Of a stretch of 64,000 bases of DNA, positions 18,345 to 27,163 are shown in pieces (position 1 is the stretch's first letter; each line of letters begins with the position of its first letter). The DNA lies in NCBI GenBank assembly GCA_965213625.1, contig CBDBZU010000004.1, forward strand, positions 1,216,001 to 1,280,000, written 5' to 3'. The DNA comes from a bacterium. GTDB lineage: Bacteria > UBA8248. The notes under the pieces are model-generated. The model worked only from the letters and a program-made list of their open reading frames with translations, was not told the DNA's origin and ran no database searches. The position numbers and the translations under genes were made by a program.

Positions 18345-19391
18345 ATGAAAGCAGTCGTATTGAAAGAGTTCGGTGGCGTGGAGAATTTCGAGGACGCGGA
18401 TTGGCCCGAGAGAGAACCCGATGCAGATCAGGTGAAGATCCGGGCGAAGGCGGTTTCCGTGAACCCGACCGATTTCAAGGCCAGACGAGGCGGCAACCAG
18501 GGCGCGGTTCCCATCATCCTGGGCAGGGATACTGCGGGTGTGGTCGAATCAGTGGGCGAGAATGTGACGGAGTTCACTCCCGGTGATGAGGTGATGGCCT
18601 ATTTGCCGAGGTTCGGCGACAGCGGAGGAGATGGATACGCGCAGTTCGTCTGCATCCACCAGGCGTTCGTCGTGAAAAAGCCTCAAAACGCCACTTTCGA
18701 GCAGGCGGCCGCTCTGCCGCTCGTGTCGCTGACCGCCCATGAGGCGGTGATCATGAAGCCGCGGGTGGAGCCGGGAGAAGCGGTTTTCGTGGCGGGCGGT
18801 TCAGGCGGCGTGGGAACCATGGGGCTTCAGATGCTGGCGCACATCGGCGCATCACCCATCGTCGTGACGGCGGGAAGCGATGAGAGCGCAAGATACATCG
18901 AGGGTTTGATCGCTCCCGTCCCTGTTGCCGTTTTGAAATATTTGGGGCTATCGCTCGATGAACTGGCCCGGCGGGCGGTGGAGATGAACGGAGGCCGTCT
19001 ATTTCCCGCCACGTTTGATTTCGTGGGCCGTGAAATGAAGAAACTCTGCTGCGAAGTGGTTGATTACTGGGGGAGAATCTCCTCCATTGCGCCCGAGCCT
19101 GGCGCGCCAATCGACGAGTTTTTCTCATCCCAGGAAGGCCCCTTGTTCACAAAATCGGCTTCGTTTCACGGCACCTTCCTGCGCGCCCCCGTGCGCGGTG
19201 GCGGTCCCGCCTACTACGGCGTCTACAAGAAGGCGCTCGAGGAGATTCGCGACTGGGTGGAGGCGGGCGAGATCAAGGCGCCCGAACTCACCGATATGGG
19301 GGCCATGAACGCCGGGAACATCGCCGCCGCCCACACGCTCCTGGAAGGTGGCCACGTGCGCGGCAAGCTGGTCTTGCGCGTGGACGAATAG
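18345..19391 (+). CDS. NADP-dependent MDR/quinone oxidoreductase-like protein
   Basis: SVNPTDFK, ILGRDTAGVV, AGGSGGVG, GKLVL. Confidence 0.88.
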   Translation: MKAVVLKEFGGVENFEDADWPEREPDADQVKIRAKAVSVNPTDFKARRGGNQGAVPIILGRDTAGVVESVGENVTEFTPGDEVMAYLPRFGDSGGDGYAQFVCIHQAFVVKKPQNATFEQAAALPLVSLTAHEAVIMKPRVEPGEAVFVAGGSGGVGTMGLQMLAHIGASPIVVTAGSDESARYIEGLIAPVPVAVLKYLGLSLDELARRAVEMNGGRLFPATFDFVGREMKKLCCEVVDYWGRISSIAPEPGAPIDEFFSSQEGPLFTKSASFHGTFLRAPVRGGGPAYYGVYKKALEEIRDWVEAGEIKAPELTDMGAMNAGNIAAAHTLLEGGHVRGKLVLRVDE

Positions 19392-19412
19392 AGTTGCTTC
19401 GAAAGGAACGGG

Positions 19413-20291
19413 ATGACGCTGATAGAGCCTCGCATGAGGTATGAGAAAAAATTTACGGAAGTTCTCGGCAGGAAGATGGCCTACGTGGAGGCGGGCGAGG
19501 GGGATCCCATCGTCTTTTTTCACGGCAACATCACTTCCTCCTACATGTGGCGCAACGTGATCCCCCACGTCGAGGGGCTGGGCCGCTGCATCGCGATAGA
19601 CAACATCGGCCAGGGCGATTCCGAAAAACTCTCAGGCTCCATGTACCGTCTGGTCGATCACCAGCCGTTCACGAACGCGCTGATGGATGCGCTGGGGGTC
19701 ACGGAGAACGTCACCATCGTGACGCACGACTGGGGCGCGCAACTTGGCTTCACGTGGGCGTCAGGGAGACAGGATAGACTCAAGGGCGTCGTGATCTGCC
19801 AGGGCGTCCTCGGCAATTTCGAGTGGAGCCATTGGCCTCCGGATGTACAGGCGCTTTTCAAGAGGTTCAGGAGCGAGGAGGGCGAGGAACTCGTCCTGGA
19901 GCAGAACTTCTTCGTGGAGAAGATTCTGCCCGCCATGGTCATCCGTGAAGTTTCTCGGGATATCCATGACGAGTACCGGAGGCCCTACCGGAATCCCGGC
20001 GAGGACAGAAGGCCCACACTCACCTGGCCGCGCGAAATTCCCATCGAGGGCGAACCCGCGGATGTTCTTGAAATCATTGAGCGAAACAACGCCTGGCTTG
20101 AAAACCATCCCGCCCCGAAACTTTTTATCAACTCGGATCCCGGCGCCGTGCTCGTGGGAGAACACCGGAGCATGGTTCGCAGTTGGCCGAACGTGGAGGA
20201 AGTGACGGTGGCCGGGCTTCACTACTGCCATGAGGATTCGCCCGATGAGATGGGCCGGGCGATTGCGCAGTGGTATGCGTCTCTCGATTGA
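19413..20291 (+). CDS. haloalkane dehalogenase-like alpha/beta hydrolase (LinB/DhaA type)
   Basis: FFHGNITSSYMWRNVIPH, HDWG, NFFVEKILP, RRPTLTWPREIP, GLHYCHEDSP. Confidence 0.88.
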   Translation: MTLIEPRMRYEKKFTEVLGRKMAYVEAGEGDPIVFFHGNITSSYMWRNVIPHVEGLGRCIAIDNIGQGDSEKLSGSMYRLVDHQPFTNALMDALGVTENVTIVTHDWGAQLGFTWASGRQDRLKGVVICQGVLGNFEWSHWPPDVQALFKRFRSEEGEELVLEQNFFVEKILPAMVIREVSRDIHDEYRRPYRNPGEDRRPTLTWPREIPIEGEPADVLEIIERNNAWLENHPAPKLFINSDPGAVLVGEHRSMVRSWPNVEEVTVAGLHYCHEDSPDEMGRAIAQWYASLD

Positions 20292-20340
20292 TTTTTCGTC
20301 CTCAAGGAATAGGATGCCCTGAGCCGCCGTGTGGGTTGCG

Positions 20341-21447
20341 ATGAAACCGAAAATCGGTAGACGGAAATTTCTCAAGCGCGCAGGCCTGGTAGGCCTCGGC
20401 GCACTGGGGCTGGCGGGAGGATGCGCGAAGATGGGTCTGGGCATCGAGGCGCCGGCTGCGCCCTCTCCGGAAGCGCAAGGCCTCGTATCGCGCGAGGCGG
20501 AATCCCTCTACTTGCCGCATGGCGAGCCGGGGAGGTGGTTCAACCCCTGGTGGCCGAATCCGGGCTCAAGGGCCAATCTGCTCAAGTGGAAGTTCCTGTA
20601 TCGAAACGAGTTCGAGGAGATCAAGAACGCCCACGCACCCGAGGTGCCCGTCGTTGTTAACGATGGCGCTTACCTGTCGAAGGCGGACGAGAAACCCTCC
20701 ATCACGTCGATCGGCCATTGCGGCTTCATCATCCAGGATGGGCCGAACGTCATCCTGGCGGACCCGCACTTTGGCGAACGTGCTTTTTGGTATCGACGCC
20801 ATCAACCCCCCGGCGTTCCTGCGGCCTCGGTGCCAAAAGGCGCCATCGCGCTGGTCTCCCACAACCATTACGATCATCTCGACGAGTGGACGATAGAGAA
20901 CCTGCCCGAAGACGTCACGTGGTTCGTACCGGTGGGGCTGGGCGCCTTTGTGGAATCACTCGGCAGGCGCGCCGTGGAGCTCGACTGGTGGCGAAGCGCT
21001 GAGCAAGGCGGTGTGCGCGTCACATGCCTGCCCGCGCAGCACTGGTCGAATCGCTTCGGCATGGCGCGGGACTCCACGCTCTGGTGCGCCTGGTTGGTCG
21101 AAACCGGCGCGCGAAAGTATTTTCACGGTGGGGACAGCGGCTATTTTCAAGGGTTTAGGGAGTTCGGCCGCAAGTTCGGCGCCATCGACGTGGCCATGCT
21201 CTCGGTCGGCGCGTACGAGCCCCGGTGGATGATGCGCTACCCGCACATGAACCCCGCCGAGGGGCTCCGGGCGTTTCAGGATATGGGCGCGCGCTGGATG
21301 ATTCCCATGCACTGGGGTACGTTCGACCTGACGGACGAGCCGCTCGACCATCCGCCCCGCGTGCTCAGGGAGCACATGGCCGAGACGGGCGCGGACGCCT
21401 CGCGCGTCAGGATCATGGCGGTTGGCGAGCGGTGGCGTATCCTGTAA
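20341..21447 (+). CDS. Tat-exported MBL-fold metallohydrolase (NAPE-PLD/RomA-like)
   Basis: GRRKFLK Tat motif and LAGGC lipobox-like; SHNHYDHLD, PAQHWS, GDSGY, GAYEPRW, PMHWGTF. Confidence 0.88.
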   Translation: MKPKIGRRKFLKRAGLVGLGALGLAGGCAKMGLGIEAPAAPSPEAQGLVSREAESLYLPHGEPGRWFNPWWPNPGSRANLLKWKFLYRNEFEEIKNAHAPEVPVVVNDGAYLSKADEKPSITSIGHCGFIIQDGPNVILADPHFGERAFWYRRHQPPGVPAASVPKGAIALVSHNHYDHLDEWTIENLPEDVTWFVPVGLGAFVESLGRRAVELDWWRSAEQGGVRVTCLPAQHWSNRFGMARDSTLWCAWLVETGARKYFHGGDSGYFQGFREFGRKFGAIDVAMLSVGAYEPRWMMRYPHMNPAEGLRAFQDMGARWMIPMHWGTFDLTDEPLDHPPRVLREHMAETGADASRVRIMAVGERWRIL

Positions 21448-21483
21448 ACTATTGACTTTACTTATGATACAAGGGGAGAGAAC

Positions 21484-21711
21484 ATGAAGAAACCGAGAAA
21501 TGACGCGGAAGACGAAGAGACAGCGCGCAACAACCTGAACCGCCTCTTCGGTCGGCTCGCCTTCGAGAAGGGCAACGCCTATGGTCGCGGGGATGACGAG
21601 GAAGACCCCATCGCGCGTCTCAAGGATGACCCGCTCGTCAACAGAAAGCGTGTGAAATCAAAGAGATCGCCGGACGACGCCAAACCGCCCGAGGCCTATC
21701 CGGGCCCTTAG
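21484..21711 (+). CDS. small hypothetical protein
   Basis: 75-aa ORF with GGGGAG RBS; no recognised motif. Confidence 0.5.
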   Translation: MKKPRNDAEDEETARNNLNRLFGRLAFEKGNAYGRGDDEEDPIARLKDDPLVNRKRVKSKRSPDDAKPPEAYPGP

Positions 21712-22313
21712 GTCGCGCAACGGGCAGGCGGACGCCCCGAGCGGGGACGCAACTCGCAGCATTTGCGCGCATTTGCTGTCATCGCTGGTGTAGCGGGCCA
21801 TGGCAGAATTCCCCTGCGCCCGGAAGTCGCGGCGTCTATCCCGAAGAATTAATTTATCGTTTATTTGTTGAAAAACCCCGTGAATTTATCTAATTTTATC
21901 GAAATTTCCGGATATTATTTTTTGCATTTTGAATGCCTGCGTGTTCACCCGGCTCAGGTGGTACGCGCTCGTTCCGCCGCCTGATAACCGAAGGCCGTCG
22001 GGCGGCCTACCGAGCATATCCCATCGCCCCGATAATTCTATTACGGCAAATGCGGCGAAATGCGTTGGCGAGGCCGGGGCCGTACCCGACCGGAAAAGGT
22101 CGAACTTCCCCGTTGCGTGAGTGTGCGTTTCTTTTCCGGGAGCGATTCGAAAACTCCTCTCTCCCCTCATTTTCATTTCATCTGATTGCCGCGGTTTGAA
22201 CGGTGGTGCTATCTTCAGGCCCGACACAATCGTTTTTACGCGAGGTATGAACGGGAAACCGTATCCATGAATGTGCTCACCTGGAGTCCCGGCGTGCGCC
22301 GGAGGCCTGAGCC

Positions 22314-23476
22314 ATGCTCCGCATTCTGATCATCAACATGGTTATTACCCTGGTGTGCGCCATCCTCGCCGTGTGGGTGATATTCGAATTCGATTTGCTC
22401 CTCGTCAGAGGTCCCGAGTTCATGCCGAGGCGGGAAGCGGAGCCGAAACGGGTTCGTGCCGCCGGCTCGGCGGCGAAGCGCGCAAGTACTCCCGGGGCCA
22501 TCGCCGCCCATGATCTCACGGGCCGCCGATTCGGGCGCTCGCCCCTTCCGCTTTCGCTGCCGATCGATTGCGAACCCGGTGAGGATTGTTGGGTCTTGAA
22601 CTACGTCGACGCAGACCCCGGGCCGGGACGCGCCGATTTCGCCTGCGGGCGGATGACCTACGACGGGCACAAGGGCACGGACATCGCCTTGGCCCACACA
22701 GGAAGACTGCACGAGCGTGTCGAGGTGCGCGCCGCCGCTTCCGGCAGGGTGATTGGTGCGCGCGACGGAATGCGCGACGCGAGTGTGCGGCAGCTTGGAA
22801 GCGCCGCACTGGAATGAAAGACTGCGGCAACGGCGTGCGCCTCGACCACGGCGGCGGCTGGCGCACACAGTATTGCCACATGAAGCGCGGCAGCATTTCC
22901 GTCAGGAGAGGGGATCGCGTTCGTACTGGCGAACGCCTGGGCGCGGTCGGCCTCTCGGGCCGCACGGAATTCCCGCACCTGCACATATCGGTCGAGAAAA
23001 ACGGGAAGGTGGTCGACCCCTTCGTCGGAGTCGATGGCGGTGTTGAATGTGACTTAGGACGAGCGCCTCTCTGGAGGCGCGACGCTCTGGAGAAACTGCG
23101 CTATATCTCGGCGGTTCCCTACCACGCAGGCTTTGCGGATCACCTGCCCACGACGGAGGAGGTCCGCACAGGTGCCCTGAGTGCGAGGTCGCTTCGGGCC
23201 ACGGCGCCCGCACTCGTCTTCTGGGCCGAGGTGGCGGGTTTAAGACCGGGCGACTTTCTCTCCATCCGTCTCCTGGGGCCCGACGGCTCGGTGCTCGCGA
23301 GAAAAGAAGAATCCATGCGTAAACACCGCATCCGGGTCTGGCGGGCGATCGGTAAGCGCGCAAAGGACACCTGGCCGACTGGCGATTATCGAGGCGAGGT
23401 GCGCATCCGGCGCGAAACGAAGGCCGGCCCGCGCGAGGCGCTGCGGGGCGTGAGATTGCGGGTGTTTGGGGATTGA
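22314..23476 (+). pseudogene. M23 family metallopeptidase, frameshifted near 22810
   Basis: HKGTD motif in ORF 22314-22817; CGNGV, YCHM and PHLH motifs in ORF 22586-23476; one added G at CTGGA joins them. Confidence 0.8.
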
Positions 23477-23500
23477 CCCCCATCGAATCAGCTTCTACCT

Positions 23501-23525
23501 GTAGGGACAGGTCGCGACCTGTCCA
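23501..23525. repeat. GTAG-type REP palindrome
   Basis: GTAGGGACAGGTCGCGACCTGTCC, same family as 4734 and 32840. Confidence 0.75.
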
Positions 23526-23541
23526 TGTAATTCAAAAGTAC

Positions 23542-23590
23542 TTGACGCTCAATATGTAATTCTATATCATTACCTGATAGGTAATGATAT
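23542..23590 (+). promoter_or_regulatory. sigma70-like promoter with overlapping palindromic operator of higBA
   Basis: TTGACG-17bp-TATCAT; perfect 12-bp inverted repeat ATATCATTACCT-gat-AGGTAATGATAT (23564-23590). Confidence 0.75.
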
Positions 23591-23627
23591 GCATTCGTTC
23601 TCTTGGGGTCGCCCGAAAGCCGGCGAA

Positions 23628-23963
23628 GTGGAAATTACTTTCAGAACCAGAAAACTTGCAAGGACATTCAACTCGGAGAGCGAACTCCAAAAGGCGTATG
23701 GCAAACGCATGGCGGAGAGGCTTATGTCGCGCCTGGCGGTTTTGAACAGCGCCCGGACGCTGGCGGACGTACCGTCGACGCCGCCGGAGCGGTGTCATCC
23801 CCTTAGAGGCGAGCGCGAAGGGCAATACACCGTCGATCTCGTTCATCCCCAAAGACTCGTCTTTAAGCCGAACCACGAGCAGGTTCCCAGAAAGGATGAC
23901 GGCGGGATCGACCTGGAAAAGATCACTTCGATCATCATCATCGAAGTGGTCGACTATCATTGA
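23628..23963 (+). CDS. higB: HigB-like (RelE/ParE superfamily) toxin
   Basis: EITFRTRKL..CHPLRGEREGQYTVDLVHPQRLVF..IIEVVDYH. Confidence 0.85.
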   Translation: MEITFRTRKLARTFNSESELQKAYGKRMAERLMSRLAVLNSARTLADVPSTPPERCHPLRGEREGQYTVDLVHPQRLVFKPNHEQVPRKDDGGIDLEKITSIIIIEVVDYH

Positions 23964-23976
23964 GGAGGTTCAAATC

Positions 23977-25074
23977 ATGATCGGACCAGCCAATGCGTAC
24001 CAACCGGACTACGCAGTCGCGCCCGGAACGATACTTGCGGAACGCCTGGAAGCGCATGACATGTCGTATGCGGATTTCGCCCGCCGGTGTGGCCGCTCAC
24101 CCAAACTCATCAGCGAGATAGTCGCGGGAAAGGCTCCTGTGGAACCGGAGACGGCCCTTCAATTCGAGAAGGTAACGGGAGTCGCCGCCCATATCTGGCT
24201 TGGGTTGGAGTCCGACTACAAGCTTCACCGTGCGCAGGAAGTCGAAAGAAGGCAAGCGGAAAAATCCACATCGTGGGCGAAGCGCTTTCCCGTGAACTTT
24301 CTGGTCAAGCGCGGGGTGATGGATAAACCGTCATCGGCCGCTGATGCAGTATCGGGCCTGCTCGCCTTTTTCGGCGTCGGCTCGGTCGAAGCCTGGACCG
24401 TCAAATATGGAGCGGCGAGCGTCAACTACCGGCACTCTCCGAGCTTCGAGAGCGACGAATACGCTCTGGCGACCTGGAGGAGACTGAGCGAGCTTGAAGC
24501 CGAAAAGCAAACTTGCGCTGATTTTAACGCGGCTCGCTTCAAAAAATCTCTCGGGGAAATTCGTAAGCTCTCGCGCGAGCCGTTCGGCGAAGCGATCCGC
24601 AAGGCGGGTGATCTCTGTAACGAATCGGGTATCGTCCTGGCCTTGGTTCCTCCCTTGCCGAAGGCCGCCATCAGCGGCGCCGCATGGTGGCTGGCGAGCC
24701 AGAAGGCGGTGATCGTCTTGAGCGCGCGCCACAAGACGGACGATCATCTCTGGTACTCCTTGTTCCACGAAGCCGCGCATATCCTGTTGCACAGCAAGAA
24801 AGATGTTTTCATCGATTCGAAAGAAAACGGCGCCGATGAGCGAGAAGCAGAAGCGAACCGATGGGCTGCGGATTTCCTGATCCCGAGCGAGGCCTGGGAG
24901 ATATTTGTCGAAGCCGGCCCGAAAAGTGTCCGAATTGTTTCCCGATTCGCGGAGGAGCAGGGCATCGCCCCGGGGGTCGTGGTCGGCAGGCTTCAGTATG
25001 AAGGCCGTCTGCCCTGGGGGCATCCTCTGAATAAGCTCAAGCGGCGACTCGAATGGGTCAAGGCTGGTAGCTGA
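23977..25074 (+). CDS. higA: HigA-type HTH antitoxin fused to ImmA/IrrE metallopeptidase domain
   Basis: PDYAVAPGTIL HTH; WYSLFHEAAHILLH, EAEANRWAADFLIP. Confidence 0.85.
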   Translation: MIGPANAYQPDYAVAPGTILAERLEAHDMSYADFARRCGRSPKLISEIVAGKAPVEPETALQFEKVTGVAAHIWLGLESDYKLHRAQEVERRQAEKSTSWAKRFPVNFLVKRGVMDKPSSAADAVSGLLAFFGVGSVEAWTVKYGAASVNYRHSPSFESDEYALATWRRLSELEAEKQTCADFNAARFKKSLGEIRKLSREPFGEAIRKAGDLCNESGIVLALVPPLPKAAISGAAWWLASQKAVIVLSARHKTDDHLWYSLFHEAAHILLHSKKDVFIDSKENGADEREAEANRWAADFLIPSEAWEIFVEAGPKSVRIVSRFAEEQGIAPGVVVGRLQYEGRLPWGHPLNKLKRRLEWVKAGS

Positions 25075-25156
25075 TCGAAGGTGGTAATGGACGCGAAAGA
25101 GATATAATTCTCTGGCCGGACTATGCGTTAGGCTTCCAGCAGATGAAAACTCGAAA

Positions 25157-25840
25157 ATGAGCAATGAAAAAGAGGGGACGATGGAAAAATCGTATGATCC
25201 GAAGGATGAATGGAAACTTGAGCCTGGGCTTTTGCAAGAAGTTAAGCGATATGTAGAGGCCGGAAAAAAACGTGGACATGCTTCGCTTGGAGCTATCCCG
25301 AAAGATGATCCGAAACTAGGCGAAGAACCTGGCCACCATAGAGAAGTTCAGGAACGCGATTGGGTGAATAATTTCGCCGAATTACTATCGGCTAAGTTTG
25401 GAAGGGAGATAACAGAGATTCAATCAAACCCTGATGATCCGCCGGATTGCTTTGCCGAAGAGGAAGGAAAAAAGATAGGAATCGAAGTTACTGAACTGGT
25501 CAAAGGAGAGATCCTCCACCGAATCGCCCAAAATCGCTACGGGAAAAAAGACTACTCGCCCTCGGAAAAGTTCGCAGATGAACATTGGGTTCACGACGAC
25601 TTTGTTCAAAGAGTTCAAGAGTTATTAGACAAGAAAGTTGAAAGGGCTAGAAAGACGGGTAAAATTATTGATGTGCTTCTCATATACACTTATGAAAATG
25701 ATTTGTATCCGGAGCGTTTGAAGGAGTGGTTGTCGAATGAAATATTTTCAGCGGCGAACATAAGTGAAGTGTTTTTTCTTCGGTCTGATTGGCCGGAAAA
25801 TGGAGACCATTCTCCTCTTTTTAAGATGAATATTGAATAG
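25157..25840 (+). CDS. hypothetical protein, possible PD-(D/E)XK nuclease fold
   Basis: DDPPDCFAEEEGKKIGIEVTEL motif; AT-rich; start 25157 or 25181. Confidence 0.5.
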   Translation: MSNEKEGTMEKSYDPKDEWKLEPGLLQEVKRYVEAGKKRGHASLGAIPKDDPKLGEEPGHHREVQERDWVNNFAELLSAKFGREITEIQSNPDDPPDCFAEEEGKKIGIEVTELVKGEILHRIAQNRYGKKDYSPSEKFADEHWVHDDFVQRVQELLDKKVERARKTGKIIDVLLIYTYENDLYPERLKEWLSNEIFSAANISEVFFLRSDWPENGDHSPLFKMNIE

Positions 25841-25973
25841 AAAAACTTTACTCTAAATTGATGGTACACAATTCCCTTAAAGGGAGAGTGGCAAGCCTCT
25901 CGCCTTGTATTAAGGATTTCCTTTCGCCGCCAGTTCAACTCTCCATCGTTCATTTTCAGAAGGAACCACCCAC

Positions 25974-26333
25974 ATGAAAGTCCTCATCAAGAGTCCCTGG
26001 GGGTCGGATGAATCGACCAAGGCGTCGTTCGCATTTTTGCACGCGAACGCTTTTGCGGAGGCGGGCCACGAGGTGCGGCTGTTTCTGCTCGGCGAGGCAG
26101 CCAACCTGATGAAGGACGATGTGATGAACGCAATTACGCCCGTCGGTTGGCCGCCACTGAGAGAGACGTTCGCGCAGACCATCGAACACGCGATTCCCGT
26201 CAACATATGAACGGCGTGCGCGCGGGCCCGTGCGGTCCAGGACGATGACTTGGAAGGCAAGAACGCGCGTTTCGTGACGCCGCCGGACCTCGTGGCCCTC
26301 GTCGAGTGGGCCGACAAGGTCCTGAGTGAGTAG
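25974..26333 (+). CDS. DsrE-family protein, probable selenoprotein (UxxC)
   Basis: GHEVRLFLLGEAA..IPVNI-UGA(26208-26210)-TACARARAV..DLVALVEWADKVLSE*; both halves DsrE-like and in frame. Confidence 0.85.
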
Positions 26334-26350
26334 CCAAACGCGACCGGGGA

Positions 26351-26613
26351 GGGGTTGTTGAAAAAGCCGGCCCTGGGAGTGGTCGGTATGACCGCGCAGG
26401 ACCAACCCCCCCTACCCCCCCTTGTCAGAGGGGCAAGAAAAAGCAAAGTTCCCTCTGCCCGGCGGGAATGCATCGCCTTTTTTACCCCCCTGACAAGGGG
26501 GGGTAGGGGGGGTTGCTTTTATGGGGTTTCCCCCTCAAGGGGGGAGTGATTTTTCTCCCTCATCGTTCGAGAGCGCCCTTCGATACGCGGTTTAGCCGCT
26601 ACTCAGTGTGAGG
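26351..26613. repeat. REP cluster led by an IS1182-like end
   Basis: GGGGTTGTTGAAAAAGCC, then CCCCCTTGTCAGAGGGG..CCCCCTGACAAGGGGG doublet, CCCCCTCAAGGGGGGAGTG, and CCCTTCGATACGCGG..CTACTCAG..GAGG. Confidence 0.8.
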
Positions 26614-26752
26614 TGAAACCCGATCGGTGAGGGAGGGTTTACGCGTTGTGCAGGGGAAAGGACTGCGGAATCCAGGGAGTTCTACATTTGCCATTCGCTT
26701 TTACTCTTATTCCCGCTTGAGCCGGGAAGGGATTTCGCCGACATGATTTGCG

Positions 26753-27163
26753 TCAGACGTGCAAGACGACGAGGTCATCCTCCACCGTTACCCGGAATGT
26801 TTCCACGGAAGGGTCTTCCTCCACGTCCTCCGGCCGCTCGACCGTCACTTTATACGACCTTACGCGGGTGCGGTGCGGGTTGAAAACGGAGCGACCCGTG
26901 AGGATGTCGAACTCCCAGCAATGCCAGGGACAGACGATTATCTCGCCGTCTTTCACGTATTGGATCTGACGGGGGGCGTCCGCGTCCATGGTCCCGCGCA
27001 CGGGCCCGATACACAAAGGGGCGCCCTGGTGGGGGCAGATGTTTCTCAGCGCGAAAAAATTGCCCTTGACGTTGAACACCCCGATGGAGCGATTTTCGAA
27101 TTCGACGATTTTCCGTTCGCCGGGAGGTAAATCCGACACCTTGGATACGATATGCTTTCCCAT
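26753..27163 (-). CDS. Rieske [2Fe-2S] ferredoxin
   Basis: NICPHQGAPL..VCPWHCWEFD; start overlaps stop of upstream gene. Confidence 0.92.
   Translation of the reverse strand: MGKHIVSKVSDLPPGERKIVEFENRSIGVFNVKGNFFALRNICPHQGAPLCIGPVRGTMDADAPRQIQYVKDGEIIVCPWHCWEFDILTGRSVFNPHRTRVRSYKVTVERPEDVEEDPSVETFRVTVEDDLVVLHV

Noticed and set aside
22044-22116. c-di-GMP-I riboswitch (GGCAAA..GAAA..GTTGC)
   Set aside because: The stem around GAAA does not pair and the GACGCAAAGC segment is missing
22815-22817. Third selenocysteine codon in the M23 peptidase
   Set aside because: The C-terminal half is in a different frame, so this is a frameshift rather than UGA readthrough
26236-26549. Short ORFs running through repeat clusters (e.g. 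25910-26473, 26355-26549, 48512 onward, 62281-62556)
   Set aside because: They translate REP/MITE sequence (PLTRGGRGG, RLPLKGG) and are not credible genes
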